A stretch of DNA of 58,475 nucleotides from a virus, in the IMG/VR virus record IMGVR_UViG_3300045988_031867. One strand, 5' to 3'. Positions within the stretch are counted from its first letter, which is position 1, and every line of letters begins with the position of its first letter. A program made the position numbers and the translations under genes. Of this stretch, positions 7,976-16,418 are shown in pieces. Below the pieces are notes generated by a model. It saw only the letters and a program-made list of their open reading frames with translations. It was not told the origin of the DNA and ran no database searches.

Positions 7976-9379
7976 ACTGTCGGTTCTTGATTTTTTTGTA
8001 TTTTTATTTTCTTCCTTTACCATATCTATTGTCTTATATAACACATCAAAATATGGCTGTGACTGTAAAGATACTTTTTCCGCATCGCCCCATAATCCAC
8101 AAGTCGCAACCGCTATTCTTGGGTTTATTCCTGCTTGTAACATTTGCGTGAGTGCTTGTGCTTTTGTATAGAGATTATCTAATGGACTGTGGTTGATTTG
8201 CACATCAAAATCTCTTGGCGATAATTTCAAGTCATTTCCTGCTAGTCGCAATACATTCAAAGTTACTATTGCAAGTCTTTTTTCTGCTGATTTTACAATA
8301 GGGTCTTTTTGCTTTGCCCTAGTCTTTGAAAAATCCCAGCCAGCTCTTAAAGATACCGCTCCTTGTGTATCACCACCGGAATTTTGCGACTCTCTATTAG
8401 GTATTGCTAAAATAGCTTGAAGATTATCAAGCAAATCATCTTTAGCAACTTGGCATTGTGTCTGATTAAGTTCCTGTGACATAATTTCGACATCAGATTT
8501 ATTGTCTTTATTGATAGACTTAACAGTAAGTGCATGGCTTTCTTTCATCTTCTTAAAGGTATCTTCGTCAATCTCACAATTAACGAACTTAACCCAGTAC
8601 TCAACAAACTGTTGTATGCTATCCATTCTGTTAGACTGCATATTGTTGATAGCGTCAAGCATACCGATAACAAGCTCAATATCCGATAATCTTTCGTGAT
8701 TGTTTGGAAATTCAACAATCGGTATTTCTCCGTATGTGTGAAGCTTTACCGACTTAACAGTACTGTCAACAATGGTAAATGACATTGTGTCGCTAAATGC
8801 CAACTTGTACCAGTTTCCGTCCTCGTCTTTAAGCTCCTGCACCGCAAGCAAAGGTTCCTCGGTACTGCGATTATAAATAACAAACGTATTCATTGGTGTA
8901 GGTGCAACGATTCTGAACGGAATATCGCCATTTTTAGGTTGTACTGCTTTAAATGACGTTCCTGTTGCCGACTGCCGCTCACCAGCCTTTATATCCTTTT
9001 CATGTTTGTTTGCGTCTGACATGAAATCGTTAAGCATATCAACAGCCTCGTTAATGGCTTTGTCATCTTTTCGGCTGATAAATTGTATAGGTTCACCATA
9101 GGTTTGCCCTGTCTTAAACTGCACAATCTCGTAAGCATGGTTCTCACAAATGTAATTGGTTATATCCTGATTAGCTGTCTTTCGGCGGTATAATACCGGT
9201 TGGTCGCCCTTGTAATAGTCCCATAGATACTTAATAATCGGTTTATTCCAGTAAAACACACCGATACAATCTCCAATAACCTTGACAACATTGTTGACTG
9301 TTATGGTTTCAACATCTGTATATGCAATTTTTCTGCCATAGCAACCTCTAACAAGGTCTTGAAGAGTTCTGTTGTTCAT
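7955..9379 (-). CDS. Portal protein (SPP1 gp6-like)
   Basis: 474 aa downstream of terL. Size, position and motifs such as YYKGDQPVLYRRK are typical of gp6-type portals. Confidence 0.8.
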   Translation of the reverse strand: MNNRTLQDLVRGCYGRKIAYTDVETITVNNVVKVIGDCIGVFYWNKPIIKYLWDYYKGDQPVLYRRKTANQDITNYICENHAYEIVQFKTGQTYGEPIQFISRKDDKAINEAVDMLNDFMSDANKHEKDIKAGERQSATGTSFKAVQPKNGDIPFRIVAPTPMNTFVIYNRSTEEPLLAVQELKDEDGNWYKLAFSDTMSFTIVDSTVKSVKLHTYGEIPIVEFPNNHERLSDIELVIGMLDAINNMQSNRMDSIQQFVEYWVKFVNCEIDEDTFKKMKESHALTVKSINKDNKSDVEIMSQELNQTQCQVAKDDLLDNLQAILAIPNRESQNSGGDTQGAVSLRAGWDFSKTRAKQKDPIVKSAEKRLAIVTLNVLRLAGNDLKLSPRDFDVQINHSPLDNLYTKAQALTQMLQAGINPRIAVATCGLWGDAEKVSLQSQPYFDVLYKTIDMVKEENKNTKKSRTDSLTSIGS

Positions 9380-9393
9380 TGATTATCTGCTCC

Positions 9394-9591
9394 TTAAAGA
9401 TATGTCATGCCACTTGCCGTTCTCCTTGGCTCCCATGGCTTTATGTCCGTAATGCCTGTATTTGTGTAATACACAACCTTTTTGTGGCACTTACGGCAAC
9501 CGGCAATTATATTCCCTGAATATTTTCCGTCCCACTCCGCAACCCGGCGGTGGCATTGTGGACAGTATATTTTGCATTTATCTTTTTTCAT
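9394..9591 (-). CDS. Small zinc-ribbon protein (Com-like)
   Basis: 65 aa with two CxxC pairs (CPQC...CRKC) in a basic context. The layout recalls Mu Com-type zinc fingers. Confidence 0.4.
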   Translation of the reverse strand: MKKDKCKIYCPQCHRRVAEWDGKYSGNIIAGCRKCHKKVVYYTNTGITDIKPWEPRRTASGMTYL

Positions 9592-9605
9592 AAATTACCT
9601 TTCAC

Positions 9606-9634
9606 GCAAAAAGCACCGCCATTAAGACGGTGCT
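9606..9634 (-). terminator. Intrinsic terminator inside the late operon
   Basis: Minus strand reads agcaccg-tcttaatgg-cggtgct followed by TTTTT. It lies between the DUF1492-like gene and the zinc-ribbon/portal genes. Confidence 0.6.
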
Positions 9635-9721
9635 TTCCAAAGAGGAATGAATATTAAGCTCTTGAACGACTTTTTTCAAGTATAACTATATCATAAGCAC
9701 AATATGACATTCTATGACATT

Positions 9722-10144
9722 TTACAGATACTCATTGCCGTATCTTTCCTCAAATTTCCGTAATGCTTTTCCATGGAGCCTTACAATCTGTCTCCACGAA
9801 TAGTTAAGCTCTGTTGCGATGACCTCGAAAGTCTTTTTTTCAATGTACCTCGAAAAAAGAATGTTGTAACAGTCCTCGTCCTCTACGCTGTCTATTTGGG
9901 CTATTATGAGGTTTTTCTTATCGACATACTCGTCAATCATCTTATCAAGGTTTCGCTCCATCTCGTCAATCTTGGCGATGCTTGTACCGATTTTGTCAAA
10001 GTTTTGGCTTGTCTGAACCCTATCCCCACTTGTTATAGCCGATATAGAGCAAGCCATTTCTTTAAGTTGCTGTATTTCAACAAGCTTATTGTTAATCATG
10101 CGATTAAGCCGGCTGATTTGATTAAGATAGTCTTTGGTTGTCAT
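9722..10144 (-). CDS. DUF1492 / RinA-ArpU-like late transcriptional regulator (sigma region-4-like HTH)
   Basis: Start moved to ATG 10144 behind SD AGGAGGTGA. The C-terminal pattern ILFSRYIEKKTFEVIATELNYSWRQIVRLHGKALRKF matches a sigma-70 region 4-like HTH. Confidence 0.6.
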   Translation of the reverse strand: MTTKDYLNQISRLNRMINNKLVEIQQLKEMACSISAITSGDRVQTSQNFDKIGTSIAKIDEMERNLDKMIDEYVDKKNLIIAQIDSVEDEDCYNILFSRYIEKKTFEVIATELNYSWRQIVRLHGKALRKFEERYGNEYL

Positions 10145-10148
10145 CGTG

Positions 10149-11891
10149 TCACCTCCTGAATGGATTAACTGCTGCTTCACATTTAGCTACTAAGCTACCT
10201 CTTGTAACGAAAAGGCAAAAGTTAGCCAAGCCGTCCGGCACATCGTCATGGTCATTTTTGCCGACTACTGAATAGGTCAAAAGCCATGACATCATAACTC
10301 CGTAATCTTCTTTAGGCTTATATTTTTCTTTGTCCCTGAAAAGGACGTGTCTCTTGACCCAATCGGCATTAACAATAATTCTTGTTTCCTTGTTTGTCTC
10401 GGTCGGCTTATCTGTGATATTGCATCTTCCACCCATTTCCTCAACTCTTTGAGCAACTTCATAGGATACTCTGTCTCCTCCTGAATTGCTTTCGAACTCG
10501 CACTGTTGCATTTTGTGGTCTACAATGATGTTAGATAAGCGGCTATACTGTATGCCGTAATCTGTCGTATCATCGCAGATGCAATCAACCAAGTAAAAAT
10601 CGTTGTCGAACTGGTACATACAAGGCAAGAACATAAAGTCGGTTCCTTTGTTCTTAACATCGCAGATTCCGAGGATTGCATCCGGTTCCCTAAGCGGCAT
10701 TGATATAAAACGTCTAAGGTCGTCATCATGGTAAAGTAGTCCTTCGCGCTCAACTGGCTCATTTTTGTACAAACAACAATATGAAATATCGTCCATAGTA
10801 AGCTCTTGGTCGTGGAAAAACTCAACCGACATTCCATTATATTTGTAGTCAAAATTACTTTTTCCTGTAACCGGGTCAATATCAGGAACCGCGATAAAAC
10901 GAACCCTGTCGCTTTTGGCGTAAATTCTTTGTAATCTCCCTATAACATCGTGTACACTCCAACGTGTAGCAATATGAATTTCCTTAACTTGCTCATTCAG
11001 CTTTCTTTGCCTTGCATCAGTTCCATATATACGCCACAGCTTATCAAGTGCTTTCTTATTAAGTGCTTCTTCAATGCCACTAACAAGGTCATCACAATAC
11101 AAATATCTGTTACATCTAACCTTACCGGCATTCTTACTGCCGACAGATGTACATTGTATATTTGAGAACGCTTTTGGCTTGTCAAAATTGATACGCTGTC
11201 TTTTTGCATCTGTATTTTGCAGTTTTACGTCAGGAAAAATTTCGCTCCATGTGTATTCTTCGCTATTGGTAGTTATATCAAGAACTCCATCATAAAACAT
11301 TCTTGTAATGTCGTCAGAGTGTGAGAAAAACAAGCTATAATCTTTCGGGTGTCTACCTATTATCCATGAGCAAAAAAACTTCTCTAACGTGGTTTTCTGT
11401 GTGCCGGGTGGCATTGAGATAGATAAAAGGTCAAGCTTATCATCTTCGAGGTCTTGCAAAGCTTGAATCAGACCATGCCTGTTTAACTGTTCCATTTTCG
11501 GGGCATAAAATTTTTCTTCTTCTTGCCTATTTTTTTCAAGATACAGTAGATAACTGTGGAAAAGATATGGTGCCTCTAATTTCAACAAGTCATAGTACTT
11601 GTCAAGGATTTGGTAATTTTTCTTTGTTTGGTTAGCCAGTGAATCCAAATCCCATATAGACATCTTAGCCAAACTTAGCACATACTGTTCTATGAGCTCT
11701 TTAGAGCGCTTAGAAATCTTTAATCCATACTCTGTATCTTTTTCGTTCAGATACGCCGTTTTTGATGCGTCTATGTATGCTCCGATTACCTTATCATCTA
11801 TTCCGCTTTGCTTTATGTAGTTTTCGTATCCTTGGATTGTTTGCTTCAGATATTCAGATGCCAAAAGAAAAAGCACCTCGCTTTCCAGCAA
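10149..11891 (-). CDS. terL: Terminase large subunit
   Basis: 580-aa ORF. It has a P-loop-like MPPGTQKTT, a Walker-B-like YLYCDDLV, and a C-terminal acidic nuclease-type motif NDHDDVPDGL. The true start is uncertain; TTG 11864 behind GAGGTG is plausible. Confidence 0.8.
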   Translation of the reverse strand: MLESEVLFLLASEYLKQTIQGYENYIKQSGIDDKVIGAYIDASKTAYLNEKDTEYGLKISKRSKELIEQYVLSLAKMSIWDLDSLANQTKKNYQILDKYYDLLKLEAPYLFHSYLLYLEKNRQEEEKFYAPKMEQLNRHGLIQALQDLEDDKLDLLSISMPPGTQKTTLEKFFCSWIIGRHPKDYSLFFSHSDDITRMFYDGVLDITTNSEEYTWSEIFPDVKLQNTDAKRQRINFDKPKAFSNIQCTSVGSKNAGKVRCNRYLYCDDLVSGIEEALNKKALDKLWRIYGTDARQRKLNEQVKEIHIATRWSVHDVIGRLQRIYAKSDRVRFIAVPDIDPVTGKSNFDYKYNGMSVEFFHDQELTMDDISYCCLYKNEPVEREGLLYHDDDLRRFISMPLREPDAILGICDVKNKGTDFMFLPCMYQFDNDFYLVDCICDDTTDYGIQYSRLSNIIVDHKMQQCEFESNSGGDRVSYEVAQRVEEMGGRCNITDKPTETNKETRIIVNADWVKRHVLFRDKEKYKPKEDYGVMMSWLLTYSVVGKNDHDDVPDGLANFCLFVTRGSLVAKCEAAVNPFRR

Positions 11892-11963
11892 AGGTGCTTA
11901 TAGACCTCTGCCTATAATTGTTTTAGGTTAGCGACTACAATCAATCTGTAGCCGGTAATATTT

Positions 11964-13172
11964 TTATTCGTTTGCTTTGAAATTGTAAATCGGTTTTATA
12001 ATGTCAACTATTTCAACAGTATCTTTTATATTTTCAATTATTTCATCCATTGTTTTATATGCCATAGGGCTTTCATCAATCGTAGATGTATTTACGGATG
12101 TTGTAAATATTCCATCCATTGCTTTTTGATACTCTTCTAGCAAAATGCTTTCTTTTGCCTTTGATCTACTCATAGTTCGCCCCGCCCCATGCGGTGCTGA
12201 ATAATTCCAATCTTCATTTCCCTTGCCAATTCCCAAAATGCAACCGTCACGCATGTTTATCGGTATCAGTACCTTTTCGCCTGTTTTTGCAGAAATAGCA
12301 CCTTTACGAACAATATTTGTATCGTGTTCAATATAGTTGTGAATTGTTTGAAATCGTTCCGTTTCTTTTGTAACTTCCCAACCCATATAGTAACAAATAA
12401 TGCTCTGAATGGCTCTTCTGTTAATTTCCGCAAACTCTTGGCATAATTTCATATCGTGTAAATACATTTCTCTATGTTTCCCAACAAGATATGATAACTC
12501 TCTAGGGATTTTAGTTGTATTTGTTTCGTAGGACTGCTTTAATTCTTTGATAGCCTTGTTAATTTCTCTTTCTCTTTTACATTTTTTGTATTCAGCAATC
12601 AATTTCTCACTATCTTGTTTAAAGTTTGATTTTCCCAAAATATCGTCAATCGCCATTTGCTGATATATTTCTGCAACTTGCTTTCCAACATTTCTACTTC
12701 CCGAATGAATAACAAGATATTTATTATTCTTGCTATCGCTATCAACTTCGATAAAATGATTGCCGCCTCCCAGCGTGCCACAACTTCTTTTCAGCCAATC
12801 TATATTTTTCAACTGCTCCTTGCAATACAATTTTTCAATAATATCGCTTGCGACAGATGAGTTTTCTTCTTCATGAACTTTTCTACCACTTGGAACATAT
12901 TCTCTAATGACGTTATCTAATCTCTCAAAATCAATATCAATATTCCCCAAGTTTGTAGTAAGCATCCCACAGCCTATGTCAACTCCAACAATGTTCGGTA
13001 TTACTTTTTCTCCTAAATCAGCAGTAAACCCGATAACACACCCTGCTCCTGCGTGAACATCTGGCATAATTCTTATCTTACAATCCGAAAATGCTGGCTG
13101 TTTTACAAGCGTATATATCTGATTTAATGCTTCATGTTCTATATTTTCTGTAAATATTTTCAAATCAGCCAT
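11964..13172 (-). CDS. rtcB: RtcB-family RNA 3'-phosphate/5'-OH ligase
   Basis: Diagnostic motifs are MPDVHAGAGC, GGGNHFIEV, HSGSRNVG and APHGAGR. Length is 402 aa. Confidence 0.9.
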   Translation of the reverse strand: MADLKIFTENIEHEALNQIYTLVKQPAFSDCKIRIMPDVHAGAGCVIGFTADLGEKVIPNIVGVDIGCGMLTTNLGNIDIDFERLDNVIREYVPSGRKVHEEENSSVASDIIEKLYCKEQLKNIDWLKRSCGTLGGGNHFIEVDSDSKNNKYLVIHSGSRNVGKQVAEIYQQMAIDDILGKSNFKQDSEKLIAEYKKCKREREINKAIKELKQSYETNTTKIPRELSYLVGKHREMYLHDMKLCQEFAEINRRAIQSIICYYMGWEVTKETERFQTIHNYIEHDTNIVRKGAISAKTGEKVLIPINMRDGCILGIGKGNEDWNYSAPHGAGRTMSRSKAKESILLEEYQKAMDGIFTTSVNTSTIDESPMAYKTMDEIIENIKDTVEIVDIIKPIYNFKANE

Positions 13173-13197
13173 GATACGTCCCCCTTTCCGCTGACAA

Positions 13198-13425
13198 TCA
13201 GCAATTTATTTTAATGCCCTCTGTTAATATGGCGGTTTTGTCCTCATTCAGAATTGTATTTCCGTTTTCATCCGTTTTATGCCATCGTGCATTAACTTTA
13301 ATCATTGGACTTTGCTTTGCATGAGCGATAAAATGTAACTCCATGTCCGTGCATCTTACTTTTTTGCCGTCAATAAACACTTGTGCAGTTTTACCATCGG
13401 ATATTATCTTAATTTTCTCATTCAT
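13198..13425 (-). CDS. Hypothetical protein
   Basis: 75-aa ORF, translationally coupled to its neighbour (8-nt overlap). Confidence 0.55.
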   Translation of the reverse strand: MNEKIKIISDGKTAQVFIDGKKVRCTDMELHFIAHAKQSPMIKVNARWHKTDENGNTILNEDKTAILTEGIKINC

Positions 13426-13657
13426 TCCTCATAAACCTCTCAAAATCTTTTCTGCACTTAGGACATAATTCATATGTTTTTTCTAAAAATTTATATCTGC
13501 GAACATTCTTAATTTCAAGACACATATCATTATCTTCAAAAGTGGGAACTATATCTCCGCAACATCCAACTTGCTTAAATCTAACTTCTTTCCAGCTCTT
13601 AGGTATCATTTCTTTTCCGCACCTGTCGCAAGTGTGCCATTCTTTTTGATGTTTCAT
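13418..13657 (-). CDS. Small zinc-ribbon protein
   Basis: 79 aa with CDRCG...CPKC pairs. Its start overlaps the upstream stop. Confidence 0.6.
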   Translation of the reverse strand: MKHQKEWHTCDRCGKEMIPKSWKEVRFKQVGCCGDIVPTFEDNDMCLEIKNVRRYKFLEKTYELCPKCRKDFERFMRNE

Positions 13658-13848
13658 GATTCCCTCGCATTCTTCGACAGTCTCAAATCAATTGTCGCAC
13701 CACATTCGCATTTTATTTTTGTGCCGAATATAATTTCTTCATGATACTTTCCGCAGTTTGAACACGTAAAGTCAACACTGTAAAGTCTGTTTTTTGTAGA
13801 CATATATCCCATACAGCCAAGTGCTTCTGCCACTATCGTTTCTTTCAT
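13654..13848 (-). CDS. Small zinc-ribbon protein
   Basis: 64 aa with CSNCG...CECG. Confidence 0.55.
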   Translation of the reverse strand: MKETIVAEALGCMGYMSTKNRLYSVDFTCSNCGKYHEEIIFGTKIKCECGATIDLRLSKNARES

Positions 13849-13860
13849 TCTTCCACCGCC

Positions 13861-14115
13861 TTAATATCCGCCGTTAAATTCCGAAAGCCATTCTTTTAGC
13901 TCTACATGTGCCTTAGCAAAGCAAAGTTCCATGTCGCAATCACTTTCATTGACAATTATTACATCTTCGCCGTCATGCTTAGCCTCAGGGTAATCATCAG
14001 CACAGCCTTTTTTATAAATCAAAATATTCCAATCACATATTTTGCTATAAGTAATTACAAGATGCATTGGAAAGTCTTTTGCTTTATCGTCAAAAAATTT
14101 TAAAAATTCGTTCAT
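13861..14115 (-). CDS. Hypothetical protein
   Basis: 84-aa ORF coupled to its neighbours. Confidence 0.55.
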   Translation of the reverse strand: MNEFLKFFDDKAKDFPMHLVITYSKICDWNILIYKKGCADDYPEAKHDGEDVIIVNESDCDMELCFAKAHVELKEWLSEFNGGY

Positions 14116-14333
14116 TCTTTCACCAACTCTCTACCACACATAGGGCAATAAAATATTTTCTTTTTTAAAACCGAAAACCTAAGGTTTGAAGGCAAATTGT
14201 CAAAAACCATTTCCAACACCAATCCATTGTCCTGTATTTTAGCCTCACAGATTTTTATTTTTTCACCCATTACACCGCTTTGTTCCGTACTTGAGATTAT
14301 AGCCTCCGGCTTATTGCTGCAAAATTTGCACAT
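14112..14333 (-). CDS. MCKFC...YCPMCGR zinc-ribbon paralog 3
   Basis: 73 aa. N-terminal MCKFC and C-terminal YCPMCGRELV are shared with the two upstream ORFs. Confidence 0.65.
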   Translation of the reverse strand: MCKFCSNKPEAIISSTEQSGVMGEKIKICEAKIQDNGLVLEMVFDNLPSNLRFSVLKKKIFYCPMCGRELVKE

Positions 14334-14334
14334 A

Positions 14335-14547
14335 TTACACCAGCTTTCTACCGCACATAGGGCAATAATTGATATTTAATGCTCCTGCTCCGTACTCGTT
14401 TGCACTATTAGTAAAGACTAGTGCGTTATTATCTGTTATTTTTCGTATTTCTATTTTAATTCCACTAGGAACTATGTCAAAATCTTCTTCTGGTAAGAAA
14501 TTCCAATCTGGAAGTCCTATTCCTATGTTTTCGCAAAATTTACACAT
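14335..14547 (-). CDS. MCKFC...YCPMCGR zinc-ribbon paralog 2
   Basis: Start moved to ATG 14547 (MCKFCENIG), 2 nt after the upstream stop. C-terminal NYCPMCGRKLV. Confidence 0.65.
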   Translation of the reverse strand: MCKFCENIGIGLPDWNFLPEEDFDIVPSGIKIEIRKITDNNALVFTNSANEYGAGALNINYCPMCGRKLV

Positions 14548-14549
14548 AC

Positions 14550-14801
14550 TTAGTCCTCTCTCAGTTTTTCGCCACACATAGGACAGTAATTAATCTTTAC
14601 AACCTTAGTCATAACTAAAGGCTTTATATGTTCGTTATCAAGGCAAGCAACTATATTCAGTGTGCTATCCTCAGCACTAACAAATGCCTGTATTCCGGTA
14701 TAGTAGCCCTCGTTATATTTGCTTTCTTTTCTTTCAGACAGTTCCTTTACCTCAAACGCTAAATCATGTTCATTAAATTTCTGTTCGCAAAATTCACACA
14801 T
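14550..14801 (-). CDS. MCEFC...YCPMCGE zinc-ribbon paralog 1
   Basis: 83 aa with MCEFCEQ at the N-terminus and NYCPMCGEKL at the C-terminus. Confidence 0.65.
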   Translation of the reverse strand: MCEFCEQKFNEHDLAFEVKELSERKESKYNEGYYTGIQAFVSAEDSTLNIVACLDNEHIKPLVMTKVVKINYCPMCGEKLRED

Positions 14802-14806
14802 ATATC

Positions 14807-15046
14807 TTAAATCCTCGTAAAGATTTCTAAATCATAGTTATCTCTGATATAGTCAACAACTTCCTGTAATTTGCTCTTTACAAATTCGTCTTGTGCAATA
14901 TAAGGGTGTGCGTAAAGCATGCAGCTATATTTTTTACCCTCAGCTTTATATTTAGGATAATTGAATGTCATCGTAAACAATGGTATTCTTTTTAAATTTT
15001 TAGTCTTGTATCGGATGTACAGATTTGCTAATCTTCTCAAACTCAT
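14807..15046 (-). CDS. Hypothetical protein (start uncertain)
   Basis: 79-aa ORF. ATG 15046 has a short-spaced GAGGT and overlaps the upstream gene by 47 nt. The alternative ATG 14971 lacks an SD. Confidence 0.4.
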   Translation of the reverse strand: MSLRRLANLYIRYKTKNLKRIPLFTMTFNYPKYKAEGKKYSCMLYAHPYIAQDEFVKSKLQEVVDYIRDNYDLEIFTRI

Positions 15047-15218
15047 TTACCTCGTTCATTGTCAATGCCATAATAAAGCCGCAGTTATCATATTTTTTTC
15101 CAAGCTCACTGCTTTCTGTGACTATTTCAGCCCACATTTTATCATCGGCAAACTTTATCTTGTCGATGTACTTCTTGTGGAATGTCCATATATCTCTATA
15201 CATGCCAAAATAGTCCAT
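15000..15218 (-). CDS. Hypothetical protein
   Basis: Start moved to ATG 15218 (MDYFGMYRDIW...) behind SD ACGGAGGAC. 72 aa. Confidence 0.55.
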   Translation of the reverse strand: MDYFGMYRDIWTFHKKYIDKIKFADDKMWAEIVTESSELGKKYDNCGFIMALTMNEVNEFEKISKSVHPIQD

Positions 15219-15417
15219 TGTAGTCCTCCGTAATTCAGTGTCAATAATGAAAGATTGATGCGGTATGGATTTGCACCACACATGATTGATTTCTGAAAGC
15301 TGTTTGTTGCTAATTACGGACAATCCCCGCTTATTACTCGGCAAACATGCTATCAATCAGCTTCTTTGCTTGCGTTTACCTATTCCGCTACACACCAATA
15401 GACAATTTATGCCTAAA

Positions 15418-15489
15418 TGACGCATGGGAGAATCGAACTCACGTCTCCGCCGTGAAGGGGCGGTGTCTTAACCACTTGACTAATGCGCC
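15418..15489 (-). tRNA. tRNA-Glu(UUC)-like, with C at position 33 and a U:C mismatch in the T-stem
   Basis: Hand fold: GGCGCAT TA GTCAAGTGGTTAAGAC A CCGCC CCTTCAC GGCGG AGAC GTGAG TTCGATT CTCCC ATGCGTC A. The architecture is collinear with Bacillus-type tRNA-Glu. No encoded CCA. Confidence 0.75.
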
Positions 15490-15582
15490 ATGTCCGCTCT
15501 TTGTTTTACTTGCCGAGCGGTGGCAAGGCTACACGAAAATTGAATCAAAAAGGGGTATTGCTTTGCGCCTCATTCGAGGCAG

Positions 15583-15656
15583 TCGGAATAGCAGGATTTG
15601 AACCTACGACCTCTCCAGCCCAAGTGGAGCGTTCTGCCAAACTGAACTATATTCCG
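15583..15656 (-). tRNA. tRNA-Pro(UGG)
   Basis: Hand fold: CGGAATA TA GTTC AGTTTGGCA GAAC G CTCCA CTTGGGC TGGAG AGGTC GTAGG TTCAAAT CCTGC TATTCCG A. The cloverleaf is regular. Confidence 0.85.
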
Positions 15657-15884
15657 TAAGTGCAGACTGGGCGACAGCGAGAATCAGCAGCGTCGCAAGC
15701 TTCCCGGCTTATGTTGTCCGCACTGTTGCTATTCTTTTAGCGTGTTATGGAACGCTGGGGAACTACAGCAACAAAACCCGAAAACCTATCGAGCCTTGTG
15801 ACGGCTCTTAACAGCATTCCGCTAATAGGTGGAGTTTATGAAACAACATGACTTAAAAGTCCGATGGTCATTTGCATGACCAAA

Positions 15885-15956
15885 CTGGGCTAGTCGGATT
15901 CGAACCGACGAATACAGCAGTCAAAGTGCTGTGCCTTACCGCTTGACGATAGCCCA
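15885..15956 (-). tRNA. tRNA-Gln(UUG)
   Basis: Hand fold: TGGGCTA TC GTCAAGCGGTAAGGCA CAGCA CTTTGAC TGCTG TATTC GTCGG TTCGAAT CCGAC TAGCCCA G. The U1-A72 pair and D-arm are typical of bacterial tRNA-Gln. Confidence 0.85.
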
Positions 15957-16072
15957 AAAAATTACATGTCTTTAAACATCTGCATAAGTGCCCTTATGGC
16001 TATGGCAAAATCATTATGAGTACTATTATTATGCCGATTATAAATATCCCTAAAGCTGTCAGACCGAGAAAT

Positions 16073-16249
16073 CTAATTATCCCCATTGCTTTTATCATGC
16101 CTTTCCTTGTGTTCAAATTGGCATTTAATCATATCTGCCACATGCTCACGCTCTGTGCCTATGCCGTGACCTTTGACGAACAGCACGCACTCAAATATGT
16201 TGCCGCAACGTGAGCACTCATCATTTATTTCTCTGCCTAGATATTTCAT
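16073..16249 (-). CDS. Small Cys-containing protein, 58 aa
   Basis: SD AAAGAGGT lies 6 nt before ATG 16249. Sequence MKYLGREINDECSRCGNIFECVLFVKGHG... is below the ORF-track cutoff. Confidence 0.45.
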   Translation of the reverse strand: MKYLGREINDECSRCGNIFECVLFVKGHGIGTEREHVADMIKCQFEHKERHDKSNGDN

Positions 16250-16418
16250 TTAACGACCTCTTTATCGCCTCATCTAAGGCTTTTTCTGACTGTCTAGCAC
16301 CTAAGTTCATACCGAAACTGATTATCCTGATTAAAACCGATATACCGATTGCCACGAAACACCATGCAGGGGCTTCAAGCCTGCATAAAATTCCAAATAC
16401 TACCAAATCCGTTATCAT
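16221..16418 (-). CDS. Small membrane protein
   Basis: 65 aa with two hydrophobic segments. ATGA start/stop coupling with the MazG-like gene. Confidence 0.5.
   Translation of the reverse strand: MITDLVVFGILCRLEAPAWCFVAIGISVLIRIISFGMNLGARQSEKALDEAIKRSLNEISRQRNK

Noticed and set aside
9651-9679. TTGAAA-17-TAATAT called as a definite promoter
   Set aside because: The predicted transcript would begin about 10 nt before a strong terminator hairpin, so its function is doubtful. It is mentioned only within a finding.
10520-10879. 119-aa ORF nested in terL; similar nested ORFs in the tape measure gene (54751..54939, 57022..57444, 58135..58401) and capsid gene (4948..5325)
   Set aside because: They are alternative frames inside long, confidently coding genes, without SDs.
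15511-15530. Plus-strand tgccgagcggtggcaaggct resembling a class II tRNA D-arm
   Set aside because: No acceptor stem, anticodon arm or T-arm can be built around it on the plus strand.
15347-15601. 84-aa plus-strand ORF
   Set aside because: It lies across two tRNA genes on the opposite strand.
16000-16086. 28-codon hydrophobic ORF (MGIIRFLGLTALGIFIIGIIIVLIMILP) upstream of tRNA-Gln
   Set aside because: It is very short with only a weak AAGGAAAGG upstream. It cannot be distinguished from chance in AT-rich sequence, so it is not listed as a feature.
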